From positions 128,001 through 192,000 of the forward strand of contig CAVOGR010000005.1 in the NCBI GenBank assembly GCA_963695555.1: DNA of 64,000 nucleotides, read 5' to 3'. Below the pieces are notes generated by a model. It saw only the letters and a program-made list of their open reading frames with translations. It ran no database searches and was not told the DNA's origin. The stretch is from an uncultured Gemmatimonadales bacterium. Its GTDB lineage: Bacteria > Gemmatimonadota > Gemmatimonadetes > Gemmatimonadales > GWC2-71-9. A program made the translations under genes and the position numbers. Below, piece after piece: positions 42,097 to 52,559 of this stretch (its first letter is position 1; the number at the start of each line of letters is the position of its first letter).

Positions 42097-42125
42097 TTGC
42101 CGGAACAGGGTCATTGGACCATATT
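42097..42125 (+). promoter_or_regulatory. Candidate sigma70 promoter of rho
   Basis: TTGCCG-17 nt-CATATT about 240 nt upstream of the rho GTG. Confidence 0.4.
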
Positions 42126-42368
42126 TTGCAACCGCAGCGGCTCGGCCCTCGATGCAGTCAGCCTGCGAACTTTGACACCCCGTGCGGATCCCGGGCGTGA
42201 TCTCGTTCGAGGATCACGGCACCTCAACCGAGACCGATCACATCTCCATCGGCAGCAGCGTTCCATGATGCCCGTGTCGGGCCGCGATGCGCACAATGTC
42301 CCGTGGGCCGGAGACGATTGGCTCCCTGCGCTCGAACAATTCTCACCAGCGATAGACGAAGGAGTCGC

Positions 42369-43511
42369 GTGACGGACAACCATTCACTTGGCGTTCTGGA
42401 GATTCTGGCGAACGGCTCTGGCTTTCTCCGGCGGGCAAAGACCTCGTACCTCCCGGGCCGAAACGATGTCTACGTCTCGCGATCGTTGATCCGCCAATTT
42501 GGCCTGCGCACCGGTGACGAGCTGGGCGGCGAGGTCGGCAAACCGAATCGGCGCGGCAAGAGCCCACCGTTGGTCACCGTGAGCCACATCAACAGCCAGC
42601 CATGTGACGGCAAGCTCGAGCGTCCCGATTTCGGCACGCTGACAGCCACGCACCCCAACGAATTGTTATCGCTCGAATGTGCCACGGCTTCCGATCGATC
42701 CGTCGTCCACATCACCCGAGTGATCGATTTTCTCTGCCCCTTCGGCAAGGGCCAGCGGGCCCTGATCGTGGCGCCGGCCAAGGCGGGGAAGACGACGGTG
42801 CTCCGGGCGATTGCCCAGGGGGTGGCCACCAATCATCCCGACTGCCTGTTGCTGATCCTGCTGGTGGATGAGCGGCCGGAGGAAGTGTACGAAATGGAAG
42901 CCGGCGGGTTTGGCGAGGTCATTGCCTCGACCTTCGACCACCCAGCGGACCGTCACATCGCCGTCGCCAGCATGACCCTCGAACGGGCCCGACGGCGCGT
43001 GGAAGCGGGACAAAACGTGGTGATCATCCTGGACTCCATTACCCGCCTCGCCCGGGCCTACAACACCGTCGAACGTGGCCGGGGCCGCACGCTGTCGGGA
43101 GGGCTGGAGGCAACCGCGTTGGAAAAGCCGAAGCGGTTCCTGGGGAGCGCCAGGCGGATCGATACCAAAGAAGGCGGCGGGTCGCTCACGATCGTCGGGA
43201 CGGCGCTGGTGGACACGGGTTCACGCATGGATCAGGTCATTTTCGAGGAATTCAAGGGGACCGGGAATAGCGAACTCGTTCTCAGCCGCGAACTCGCGGA
43301 GCGGCGCCTGTTTCCCGCCATCGACCTCGCGGCGAGCGCGACCCGTCGGGAGGAGTTGCTGCTCTCGGGCGATGCCTTGGCCGCGTCCCACCTGTTCCGG
43401 CAACGCATGGCGGATGCCCCGCTTCATGCCGCCGTGGACGATCTGATCACCCGCATGAAACGGTCCCCCACCAACGCCGAGATGATCAAGACGATTGTGG
43501 ACCAAGGCTAG
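42369..43511 (+). CDS. rho: Transcription termination factor Rho (short form)
   Basis: GAAGGAG RBS; GFLR, DVYVS..IRQFGLRTGD, PFGKGQR, APAKAGKT, DERPEEV, LDSITRLARAYN, FEEFKGTGN, FPAID. Confidence 0.93.
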   Translation: MTDNHSLGVLEILANGSGFLRRAKTSYLPGRNDVYVSRSLIRQFGLRTGDELGGEVGKPNRRGKSPPLVTVSHINSQPCDGKLERPDFGTLTATHPNELLSLECATASDRSVVHITRVIDFLCPFGKGQRALIVAPAKAGKTTVLRAIAQGVATNHPDCLLLILLVDERPEEVYEMEAGGFGEVIASTFDHPADRHIAVASMTLERARRRVEAGQNVVIILDSITRLARAYNTVERGRGRTLSGGLEATALEKPKRFLGSARRIDTKEGGGSLTIVGTALVDTGSRMDQVIFEEFKGTGNSELVLSRELAERRLFPAIDLAASATRREELLLSGDALAASHLFRQRMADAPLHAAVDDLITRMKRSPTNAEMIKTIVDQG

Positions 43512-43554
43512 CGGCGCTTGCCTCGCCTCGCTGCCGCAGCGAGTTTTCGGTCCT

Positions 43555-44583
43555 ATGACGTGGGATGGTCTTCTCGGAGGTGTACGGGCGCGCAAGCCGG
43601 CCGCGCTGGCCCGCGTCATCTCTATGGTAGAGAACCAGCGCCCAGGGTTCGAGCAGGTCCTCTCAGCCATCCACGCCGAGCTGGGGCGGGCCCATCGGGT
43701 GGGTATCACCGGCCCTCCGGGCGCGGGTAAATCGACCCTCGTCGAGCGGCTGGTCGGCGGATATCGAGCGAAAGGGCTCACGGTGGCCGTCGTGGCGGTC
43801 GACCCCACGAGCCCGTTCACCGGCGGAGCACTCCTCGGCGACCGGATTCGGATGGAGGCGGTGACCCTGGATGAAGGGGTCTTCATCCGATCGATGGCTA
43901 CCCGGGGCTCGTTGGGCGGTCTCGCCACGGCAACGCGCGAGGTGTGCGATGTGCTCGACGCGGCGGGCTTCGATCGCATTCTGGTCGAGACCGTCGGGGT
44001 GGGGCAGTCCGAGCTTGCCGTGAGCGGCATGGCCGACACCAGCGTCCTCGTCCTCGTCCCCGAGTCGGGCGACGGCATCCAGGCCCTGAAGTCGGGCATC
44101 ATGGAAATCGCGGACCTCTTTGTGGTGAACAAGGCGGACCGGCCCGGGGCGGATCGGCTGCGGCAGGAAATCGAGGTGATGCTCGGTATCCGGCAGGGGC
44201 ACGCATTTCGCCACATTCCCGCCCATCATGGAGGCCTGACGCGGCCCGACGCGTCGCCCGCGCCGGAAACGGGCGGATGGCGCCCTCCGGTCCTCGGAGT
44301 AGTCGCCACAAAGGGCGAAGGGATCGACAGCTTGCTCGAAGGGATCGACGCACACTATCGGTCGATCGAGTCGACCGGGAGCCTGATGGACCGCCGCCGG
44401 TCCCGGGCGTCGAGCCGGGCACGGGAAGTGCTGGAACGGGCCACCCGGCAGTGGTTGTGGACCGAGACCGGTGCGGAGCGGGTGCTGGAGGAGCGATTGG
44501 ACGATATCGTGGCGGGTCGTGTGAGCCCGTACGATCTCGCGGAGGAAGTCATCCAGAGTCTCAAGCAGGACACGCGTCTATGA
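43555..44583 (+). CDS. meaB: Acyl-CoA mutase-associated GTPase MeaB/ArgK
   Basis: [44 protein letters not shown]. Confidence 0.94.
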   Translation: MTWDGLLGGVRARKPAALARVISMVENQRPGFEQVLSAIHAELGRAHRVGITGPPGAGKSTLVERLVGGYRAKGLTVAVVAVDPTSPFTGGALLGDRIRMEAVTLDEGVFIRSMATRGSLGGLATATREVCDVLDAAGFDRILVETVGVGQSELAVSGMADTSVLVLVPESGDGIQALKSGIMEIADLFVVNKADRPGADRLRQEIEVMLGIRQGHAFRHIPAHHGGLTRPDASPAPETGGWRPPVLGVVATKGEGIDSLLEGIDAHYRSIESTGSLMDRRRSRASSRAREVLERATRQWLWTETGAERVLEERLDDIVAGRVSPYDLAEEVIQSLKQDTRL

Positions 44584-46295
44584 GCGAGCACGAGAGCGCA
44601 TCCTCGCCGGATGACCTGACCGACCGGGTGGCCCGGCAGGAGCAGGAGCTGGTCCGGCTGCGGGCGGAAGTCCGCGCGTGGCGGGAACTCGTCTCGCGGC
44701 TCCCTACGCGGGAAGACTCGGACTTCACGTCCGTATCCGGCCGGACGGTCGATCCGGTATACACCGCCCTCGATGTCCGGCCGGACGTCGGTGAGATGCT
44801 CGGCCTACCCGGCCAGTATCCCTACGTGCGCGGCGTACACCCGACCGGATATCGCGGCAAACTCTGGACGATGCGTCAATTCGCGGGCTTCGGCACGGCG
44901 GCCGATTCCAACGCCCGATTCAAGTTCCTGCTTGAGCACGGCCAAACCGGTCTGTCCGTCGCCTTCGATTTCCCCACCCTCATGGGGTACGACGCCGATC
45001 ACCCTCGTGCCGAGGGCGAGGTTGGGAAATGCGGAGTGGCCATCTCGAGCCTGGACGACATGGAGACGCTGTTCGACGGCATCCCGTTAGATCGCGTGTC
45101 CACGTCGATGACCATCAATGGTCCGGCCGCAATGCTGTTCTGTTTCTATGTGGCGGCGGCGGAGAAGCAAGGAGTATCGCTCGAGACGCTGCGTGGAACG
45201 ATCCAAAATGACATTCTCAAGGAATATGTCGCCCAGCACGCATGGATCTACCCGGTGGAGCCGGCGCTCAAGATCATCATCGACTTGTTCGAATGGGCGG
45301 CCGAGCACACGCCGAAGTGGAATACCATCTCCATCTCGGGCTACCATATCCGCGAGGCAGGGGCGACTGCCGTTCAAGAACTGGCTTTTACCCTGGCGAA
45401 CGGGCTGTGCTACGTCGAGCGGGGCATCGAGCGAGGGCTCAGCGTCGACAGCTTCGCTCCTCGGCTCTCGTTCTTCTGGGACATCCATAATGATTTCTTC
45501 GAAGAAATCGCGAAGATGCGCGCCGCGCGCCGCATCTGGGCGCGCCAGCTCCGGGAACGATTCGGGGCCCAGGATCCGCGCAGTTGGAAGATGCGGTTCC
45601 ATTGTCAGACGGCGGGGGTAACGCTCACGGCCCAGCAGCCGCTGATCAACATCATCCGGGTTGCGTATCAGGGCATGGCGGCGGCCCTGGGCGGGACCCA
45701 GTCGTTGCACACCAACGCCTTCGATGAAACGCTGGCGTTGCCGACGGAGGATTCCGCCCGAATCGCGCTTCGCACCCAGCAGATCTTGGCGTACGAGACC
45801 GGTATTCCCAACGTGACCGACCCGCTGGGAGGCTCGTATTACCTGGAGGCCCTGACCGACCAGTTTGAACGGGAGACGGAAGCTCTCTTTGCCGAGATCG
45901 AGGCGCAGGGCGGCGTGGTTGCCGCGATCGAGAAGGGCTGGCTCCAACGCCAGATTTCGGATTCTGCCGCTCGGTTCCAGCGGGACGTAGAAAGCGGGCG
46001 GCGGCCAGTCGTGGGGGTCAATACCTTCACGGAAGGGGGTGAGGCGTCGGTCAACATCCTGAAGATTGGCGACGAAGCCGAGCGCGTCCAACGCGAACGC
46101 ATGGCGCGGCTCCGCGTGCGCCGTGACGACGGGTTGGTGCGCGAGCGTCTCGACGCGCTCAAGGCGGCCGCCGCCACTGAGCAGAACGTCATCCCAGCCA
46201 TGCTCGATTGCGCGCGCGCCTATTGCACGTTGTTTGAAATGCGCCAGGTATTGGAAGAGGTCTTCGGCCACTATCGTGAGCCGGTCTTCTTCTAG
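44580..46295 (+). CDS. AdoCbl-dependent acyl-CoA mutase, large subunit (isobutyryl-CoA mutase-like)
   Basis: [70 protein letters not shown]; no fused B12 domain. Confidence 0.93.
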   Translation: MSEHESASSPDDLTDRVARQEQELVRLRAEVRAWRELVSRLPTREDSDFTSVSGRTVDPVYTALDVRPDVGEMLGLPGQYPYVRGVHPTGYRGKLWTMRQFAGFGTAADSNARFKFLLEHGQTGLSVAFDFPTLMGYDADHPRAEGEVGKCGVAISSLDDMETLFDGIPLDRVSTSMTINGPAAMLFCFYVAAAEKQGVSLETLRGTIQNDILKEYVAQHAWIYPVEPALKIIIDLFEWAAEHTPKWNTISISGYHIREAGATAVQELAFTLANGLCYVERGIERGLSVDSFAPRLSFFWDIHNDFFEEIAKMRAARRIWARQLRERFGAQDPRSWKMRFHCQTAGVTLTAQQPLINIIRVAYQGMAAALGGTQSLHTNAFDETLALPTEDSARIALRTQQILAYETGIPNVTDPLGGSYYLEALTDQFERETEALFAEIEAQGGVVAAIEKGWLQRQISDSAARFQRDVESGRRPVVGVNTFTEGGEASVNILKIGDEAERVQRERMARLRVRRDDGLVRERLDALKAAAATEQNVIPAMLDCARAYCTLFEMRQVLEEVFGHYREPVFF

Positions 46296-46322
46296 CGATC
46301 CCGGCGACTGGAGATAGCGACT

Positions 46323-47528
46323 ATGACGAGCGCCACCGTGCCCAAATTGCCGGCACAACTGGAACTCCTCAACAAGGTCAAACCCGGCAAATACCGGGTC
46401 GTGACCTGCTACTTGAAGCTCGAGCCGCGCGATCGGTCGCGCGGCAAGTACCTTATCAAGATCAAAAACCGGATCAAGGCCGTGGAAACCGCCCTGCCGG
46501 GCCTCGGGCTGCCACGACCCGTGGCGGACGGGATTCGGGATGACCTGACGCGGCTCCACATGTTCCTCAAGAAGACGAGTAACCTGCCCTCGACCCAGGG
46601 CGTCGCCCTGTTTCTCTGTGGACCGATTGGACTATTCGAGGTCGTCCCGTTGCCGCGCGTGTTCCGCTCGCGGTTGGCCGTCGACCGCACGCCGCTCGTC
46701 CGGGAATTGGCCGCGTTGCAGGAAGAGATCGGCCGGATCGTGACGGTGCTCTTGGACCGGACCAGCGCGAGACTTTTCGAGGTCACGGCCTTTGGGGTGT
46801 CCGAAGTGGCCAGTATCCGAGCGGACAGCACCCGGGGGCACAAGTTCAGGAGTGTGCGCGGCGACAGCCTGTCGAGTGGCGGTAAGTTCAGCCTCGGCCG
46901 GCAAAGCATGGGCGGCTTCGGCGAGCGAACCTACAACAACCGGATTCAACACGAGAAGCAGCGGCACTACGAATTCGTTGCCCGCCGCCTGTTCGACCTG
47001 AATCAACGACAGCCGGTTACTGGTGTCGTGCTCGCCGGCGTTGGCACGACGGCGGGCGTCTTGGAGCCCTTCCTTCATCCCTATGTGGCCGAACGGGTCA
47101 TCGGAAAGCTGAAGCTCTCTCCCAAACAGGCCACCCCCGCGGAAGTCCATACTGCAACACTTGCCGTGAGGGAAGACCACGAGCGGGCCTCGGAACGCGC
47201 CCTCGTCAGTTCAATGGACGGTGCACTGGGTGAAGGATGGGCGGTGAACGGCGTCCGGGATACGCTGAAGGCCCTGGCACGTGGCCAGGTCCGGACCCTT
47301 CTGGTGAACGCAGAAGCCAGCATCCCCGGGTTCCGGTGCGCCGACTCGGGCGCGATGGTCCTCGAGCCCAGGGATTGCCGAGGCTCAGGTGAGCCAATTC
47401 CGATTCTGGACGTCGTGGATGACGCGATCGAAGAAGCGCTCAATCAACGCGTGCCCGTCGACGTGGTGCATGACCCGACCGCCCGAAGGCAGATCGATGG
47501 CATCGCCGGACTGCTTCGCTTTCGGTAA
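46323..47528 (+). CDS. Bacterial archaeo-eukaryotic release factor (baeRF/aeRF1/Balon-like) protein
   Basis: Three-domain aeRF1 layout: VVTCYL...GVALF; LLDRTSARLF...GGFGERTY...VVLAG; C-terminal L7Ae-like AVNGVRDTLKALARGQVRTLLV...GIAGLLRF. Confidence 0.8.
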   Translation: MTSATVPKLPAQLELLNKVKPGKYRVVTCYLKLEPRDRSRGKYLIKIKNRIKAVETALPGLGLPRPVADGIRDDLTRLHMFLKKTSNLPSTQGVALFLCGPIGLFEVVPLPRVFRSRLAVDRTPLVRELAALQEEIGRIVTVLLDRTSARLFEVTAFGVSEVASIRADSTRGHKFRSVRGDSLSSGGKFSLGRQSMGGFGERTYNNRIQHEKQRHYEFVARRLFDLNQRQPVTGVVLAGVGTTAGVLEPFLHPYVAERVIGKLKLSPKQATPAEVHTATLAVREDHERASERALVSSMDGALGEGWAVNGVRDTLKALARGQVRTLLVNAEASIPGFRCADSGAMVLEPRDCRGSGEPIPILDVVDDAIEEALNQRVPVDVVHDPTARRQIDGIAGLLRFR

Positions 47529-47597
47529 ACCGATGGCATCGGCGTCCCGTGTGATCGAGAGCATGCCCGTTGGCCCTTTCGCGTATGGAGAGTTGTG

Positions 47598-48032
47598 ATG
47601 GCTTCCGCCTCCTCGTCCAAGGCTCCCACCCGTCCCATCCGGATCCTCGTCGCGAAGCCCGGACTCGACGGCCACGACCGCGGCGCTAAAGTCGTGGCTG
47701 CGGCGCTTCGCGACGCCGGCATGGAGGTGATCTACACCGGTCTCCACCAGACTCCGGAAATGATTGCCGCGGCGGCCGTGCAGGAAGACGTTGACGTCGT
47801 GGGCCTCTCGATCCTGTCCGGCGCCCACATGACTCTCTTTCCTAGAGTGAAGCGCTTGCTCGAGGAACAGGGGAGGGAGGACGTGCTCGTGACCGGCGGC
47901 GGCATCATTCCCGCCGACGACATGGCCGCCCTCGGGCAGATGGGAGTCGGCAAGCTCTTCGGGCCCGGCACCCGCACGAAGGATCTGGTGGATTACATCC
48001 GCGCGTGGGCCAGCACAGAGTTGCGAGATTGA
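47598..48032 (+). CDS. Acyl-CoA mutase cobalamin-binding small subunit
   Basis: [17 protein letters not shown] (DxHxxG), [19 protein letters not shown]. Confidence 0.94.
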   Translation: MASASSSKAPTRPIRILVAKPGLDGHDRGAKVVAAALRDAGMEVIYTGLHQTPEMIAAAAVQEDVDVVGLSILSGAHMTLFPRVKRLLEEQGREDVLVTGGGIIPADDMAALGQMGVGKLFGPGTRTKDLVDYIRAWASTELRD

Positions 48033-48042
48033 GTCCGGGCCA

Positions 48043-49686
48043 GTGACCCCGAAACCGGTGGCCAAAGACGGGAGACTCCGCGACCTGACCGCGGAGTACC
48101 GGGAGCTTGCCGCCCGTCTGGAGCAGGGCGGGGGGCCGGAGCGCATCGCCCGGATGCACAAGCAGGGCAAACTCGCCCCGCGGGAACGCGTCACAAGGCT
48201 GCTCGATCCGGACGGGCCGTGGCTCGAATTGGGTCTCCTGGTGGCCTACGATCAGTACGATGGCCAGGCTCCGGGTGCGGGAGTCATCACGGGCGTGGGC
48301 GTAGTGCACGGCCGTGAGGTGGTGGTGGTCGCCAACGACGCGACGGTGAAAGCGGGAAGTTGGTGGCCTGAGACAATCAAGAAGATCCTTCGCGCGCAAG
48401 AAGTAGCCATGCGGCAGCGGATTCCGATCATCTACCTGGTCGATAGCGCAGGCGTGAACCTCCCCTATCAGGGCGGCGTCTTCCCTGGGCAATACGGTGC
48501 GGCGCGGATCTTCTATTACAACTCTATCATGCGGCGCTTCCTGCACGTGCCCCAGATCAGTGCGGTCATGGGCAGCTGCATCGCCGGAGGGGCGTATCTC
48601 CCGGCGCTGTCGGATGTGATCTTCATGGTCGACGGTACCAGCTTCATGGGCCTGGGCGGTCCGAATCTGGTCAAGGGAGCCACCGGCCAGATCGTGGATG
48701 CCGAAACGCTGGGTGGGGCCCGCATGCACACGGAGATCAGCGGCGTCGCGCACTATGTGGCGGCGGACGACACGGAATGCCTGGTGAAGATCCGCGACTA
48801 TGTCGGCCGGTTGCCGCGGCCTGAAGGCATCCAGCACCAACTGCGCTCCAGTGTGGAGCCGGCGCGTCCGCCGGAGGACCTGTACGACATCCTTCCCAAC
48901 GACCACCGGATGTCGTACGAGATGCGGGACGTGCTCGCCTGTCTCCTCGATGACGGCCAACTCGACGAATTTCAGCCGGATCTCGCGAAGGAGATGATCT
49001 GCGGCCATGCCCACATCGAGGGGCATCCCGTCGCGGTCATCGTGAATCAGCGCGGCCTCATCAAGGGCCGCCCCGGGGAACAGCCCCGCTTCGGCGGGAT
49101 CATCTACACCGAGAGCGCGGACAAGGTCGCCTACTTCATCGAGACCGCGAGCCGCGAGCGCCTCCCGATTCTGTTCATTCAGGACGTGAGCGGGTTCATG
49201 GTCGGGACGGACGCCGAGCACTCCGGGATCATTCGTGCCGGGGCCCATTTCGTGGAGGCCATGGCCACGGCCGTCGTCCCCACCGTCGTCTTGACAGTGA
49301 ACCACGCATCCGGCGCCGGGTACTATGCCATGGCGGGACAGGGCTTCGATCCGGATTTCATTCTCTCCTGGCCCACCGGCCGGATGGGAGTAATGGAAGG
49401 TGAGTCGGCGGTCATGGCCGTGCACGGCCCGGAGCTCGACCGGGCACAGCAGGAAAAGCGCGAACCGCCTGAATCGGTCCAGAACGCGGTCGCGTCCATG
49501 CGCGCCGACTACGAGCACCAGCTCGATGCCAAGTTTGCCGGGGCGCGGGGCTTCGTCGATGTCATCGTGGCGCCGGAAGACACGCGCGATCAGCTCGCGT
49601 TCGTCCTCCGAATCGTGAGCAACTACGCCGGCCCACATATCGGCCCATTCGTCTTGCCCCCCCTCGACCCGGCCCTCGGTCGGTGA
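48043..49686 (+). CDS. Acyl-CoA carboxylase carboxyltransferase subunit (MCC-beta-like)
   Basis: GKLAPRER, ANDATVKAG, LVDSAGVNL, GSCIAGGAY, FIQDVSGFMVG. Confidence 0.92.
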   Translation: MTPKPVAKDGRLRDLTAEYRELAARLEQGGGPERIARMHKQGKLAPRERVTRLLDPDGPWLELGLLVAYDQYDGQAPGAGVITGVGVVHGREVVVVANDATVKAGSWWPETIKKILRAQEVAMRQRIPIIYLVDSAGVNLPYQGGVFPGQYGAARIFYYNSIMRRFLHVPQISAVMGSCIAGGAYLPALSDVIFMVDGTSFMGLGGPNLVKGATGQIVDAETLGGARMHTEISGVAHYVAADDTECLVKIRDYVGRLPRPEGIQHQLRSSVEPARPPEDLYDILPNDHRMSYEMRDVLACLLDDGQLDEFQPDLAKEMICGHAHIEGHPVAVIVNQRGLIKGRPGEQPRFGGIIYTESADKVAYFIETASRERLPILFIQDVSGFMVGTDAEHSGIIRAGAHFVEAMATAVVPTVVLTVNHASGAGYYAMAGQGFDPDFILSWPTGRMGVMEGESAVMAVHGPELDRAQQEKREPPESVQNAVASMRADYEHQLDAKFAGARGFVDVIVAPEDTRDQLAFVLRIVSNYAGPHIGPFVLPPLDPALGR

Positions 49687-52559
49687 TCGCCGCACTCCGA
49701 TCCGGCGGCTTCGGCGCGGTCCTGGCCCTGGCCGCCTGCAGCCAGACCGTGCGGCCGGTCGCTCCGGCTCGACCATTGCCCGGTTCCGGCCGCGCCCCCG
49801 CCGCAGCGCCGGCTCCGGCGCGCGCGGCTCGGGCCGAGCGCATCGCCCCACCCGATGCCGCATTCGCGAGCGGCTGGATGCCACTCGAAGCCACCGGTGC
49901 GGCCGCCTTCCAGCGCCGGCATCCGACCTACGACGGCCGCGGGGTCCTGATCGGCATCCTCGACAGCGGTATCGATCCGGGTGTCCCAGGGCTCGAGACT
50001 ACTTCAACCGGGCAGCGTAAGTTGCTCGATCTGAGGGACTTCTCGGCCGAAGGCCGCATTGAACTCGCCCTGGCTGAGCCGCGCGGGGACACCATCGAGG
50101 TTGGTGGCAGGACGCTGGTCGGGTTCGGCCGGGTGGTGTCGGTGAGTACCGACCAGCGCTACTACACCGGCACACTCGCGGAAATCCCGCTCGGCACCCC
50201 TGCCGCGATCGACCCCGAGCTGCCTACGCCCTCTGACCTGAACGACAACGGCAGCTACACCGATACCCTGGGGCTCGTGGTGACCCGGGCCAGTGATGGC
50301 TGGGTATTGGTGGCCGACACCGACGGCGACGGCTCGCTCGGCGACGAGCGCCCGGTCCGGGACTACCTCGTGGCCTTCGAGCGGTTCGGATGGCATGCCG
50401 AGGGCAGCGAGCCGCCGATAACACTGGTTGCCAACTTCGCGGAGATCGACGGGGCGCCGGTGCTCGACCTCGTGTTCGACAACAGCGGCCACGGCACTCA
50501 TGTTGCCGGGATCGCCGCGGGGCATGACATGTATGGAGTGCCGGGCTTCGACGGGGTGGCGCCCGGCGCGCAGCTCCTCGGGCTCAAGATCGCGAATGAC
50601 GCGCAGGGCGGCGTCACAGTCACGGGCAGCATGGTCCGGGCGATGGCCTATGCCATCACCTTCGCAGAATCGCGGCGGCTTCCGCTGGTGCTGAATTTGA
50701 GCTTCGGCGTCGGAAACGAGGCCGAGGGGTCGGCCAGAATCGACCAGCTGGTCGATTCGATCTTGACGGCGCACCCGAACGTGGTGTTCACCGTCAGCGC
50801 CGGTAACGACGGACCCGGGCTTTCGACCGTGGGGTTTCCCGGTTCGACTCGGCGCGGCATTACGGTCGGCGGGTCGTTCCCGCTGGTGTTCGTCGAGACG
50901 GGCGGCGCGCCGCCGCTACCGGATCCGGTCGCCTTCTTCAGCTCACGGGGCGGCGAAGTCGCGAAGCCGGACCTCATCACGCCCGGCATCGCGTACTCGA
51001 CGGTGCCGCGCTGGGATGTGGGGCAAGAGCGCAATCTCGGCACTAGCATGTCGGCCCCGCATGCGGCGGGACTCGCCGCTCTGCTCGTGTCCGCGGCCGG
51101 GCAAGCCGAGGTAGCGTTCACGGCCGATCACATCAAGCGGGCACTCACGGTCACTGCGCGGCCCGTCGCGGGAAGTCTCGCCATCGACGACGGCGCAGGT
51201 GTGCCCGATGTGGGGCAGGCCTGGCGTTGGCTCGAGCAACGCCGCGACGTAGTCGACCTGACGGTCGAGGCACTCAGGGACAGCATGCCTTCGACCCCGG
51301 CCGCCTTCCGTCCGCAGGGGTTCGCGTCGGAAGCCGACACCATCCAAATCTTCCGGGTGAAGCCGGTGGCCGAAGCCCCGTCCGGGCCGGTCACGTTGGA
51401 GAGTGACGTCGGCTGGCTGGTTGCCCCGCCGGCCGTGTCGCTGGGGCCCTCCGGCCTGGACATCCCCATCGTGTACCGCCGCGAGCAGCTCCGCACTCCG
51501 GGCGTCCACTCTGGTGTCGTGACCGGCTGGGGCGGCGATCGACTCGACGGCCCGCTGTTTCAACTGGTGAACACCGTTGTGATACCGTACGCGTCCGGCG
51601 AAAGCGTGCGCATCGGTCCCGTACCCATGAACGCGGGCGGAATCCACCGTGTGTTCTTCGGTGCGGAGCGCGGTCGGCCGTTCGAGGTGACGATCCGAAC
51701 CACCGACGGCGGTCCCCTCGTCCTGACGAGCCTTCACGAGCCCGGCGGGCAGCCGTATCGAGCCGGGAACGGACTCCCTGGCGGAGCCGGCGCCCAGGCC
51801 GCATCCTACGCGGTGCGCTCCGGCGATGTCATTCCCGGCGTGTATGAGATCGATGTCATCGCTCCGCCGGCCGCGCCGGCCCGCGCCGAAGTGGACCTGC
51901 GCCATGCCCCCGTCCGGTTCGACCTGACACGGGATGCCGATAGGGTGATCACGACGCTGACCAATGTGGTCGGCGGGCCGGTACGCGGGGCGGTGACGGC
52001 GTATGCAGCCGGGGCCCAGCGGGAGCTGACGATGGAGGGGCGCGGGTCCGACGTCCAATCGATCGTGTTTCAAGTCCCGGCCTGGGCCAAGGAACTCGAG
52101 GTTGATGTGGAGATGACGCCCGACGAGTGGCCTCGGTTCACCGACCTCGGCATGACGCTGTTCGATTCGATCGGCCGGATCATTACCCAGACACCTCTCA
52201 ACTATGCGCGGGAACGCATGCATGCTTCGTTCGTCGAGAACAGCGGTGCCCAGACGGTCAGGCTGGGGTTCTTCCCCGGCTTTGCCGAGCCCGGCAGCGA
52301 CGCGGCGTGGTCGCTTCGGGTGGAGATCCGGCTCTACGCCGATGCCGGCGAGGTCGCCGAACAGGCCAGCCGGCCGCTGCCGTTCGCGCTCGACGCCGGC
52401 GCGAAACAGGCCCTCGTGTCCGCGGTCGAGCCGGTCCCAACCATGACGGTAAGCGGAGGGTTTCTGCCGCTCTATGGCGTGATGGTCGACGTCGGTGGCC
52501 GCACGTGGATCGGTGAGACCACCGCCACGGGCAACTTCTCACCGAGCCGAGTCAGATGA
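49683..52559 (+). CDS. S8 subtilase, tripeptidyl-peptidase II-like, predicted lipoprotein
   Basis: Lipobox LALAAC; catalytic [20 protein letters not shown]; oxyanion SAGNDGP. Confidence 0.88.
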   Translation: MIAALRSGGFGAVLALAACSQTVRPVAPARPLPGSGRAPAAAPAPARAARAERIAPPDAAFASGWMPLEATGAAAFQRRHPTYDGRGVLIGILDSGIDPGVPGLETTSTGQRKLLDLRDFSAEGRIELALAEPRGDTIEVGGRTLVGFGRVVSVSTDQRYYTGTLAEIPLGTPAAIDPELPTPSDLNDNGSYTDTLGLVVTRASDGWVLVADTDGDGSLGDERPVRDYLVAFERFGWHAEGSEPPITLVANFAEIDGAPVLDLVFDNSGHGTHVAGIAAGHDMYGVPGFDGVAPGAQLLGLKIANDAQGGVTVTGSMVRAMAYAITFAESRRLPLVLNLSFGVGNEAEGSARIDQLVDSILTAHPNVVFTVSAGNDGPGLSTVGFPGSTRRGITVGGSFPLVFVETGGAPPLPDPVAFFSSRGGEVAKPDLITPGIAYSTVPRWDVGQERNLGTSMSAPHAAGLAALLVSAAGQAEVAFTADHIKRALTVTARPVAGSLAIDDGAGVPDVGQAWRWLEQRRDVVDLTVEALRDSMPSTPAAFRPQGFASEADTIQIFRVKPVAEAPSGPVTLESDVGWLVAPPAVSLGPSGLDIPIVYRREQLRTPGVHSGVVTGWGGDRLDGPLFQLVNTVVIPYASGESVRIGPVPMNAGGIHRVFFGAERGRPFEVTIRTTDGGPLVLTSLHEPGGQPYRAGNGLPGGAGAQAASYAVRSGDVIPGVYEIDVIAPPAAPARAEVDLRHAPVRFDLTRDADRVITTLTNVVGGPVRGAVTAYAAGAQRELTMEGRGSDVQSIVFQVPAWAKELEVDVEMTPDEWPRFTDLGMTLFDSIGRIITQTPLNYARERMHASFVENSGAQTVRLGFFPGFAEPGSDAAWSLRVEIRLYADAGEVAEQASRPLPFALDAGAKQALVSAVEPVPTMTVSGGFLPLYGVMVDVGGRTWIGETTATGNFSPSRVR

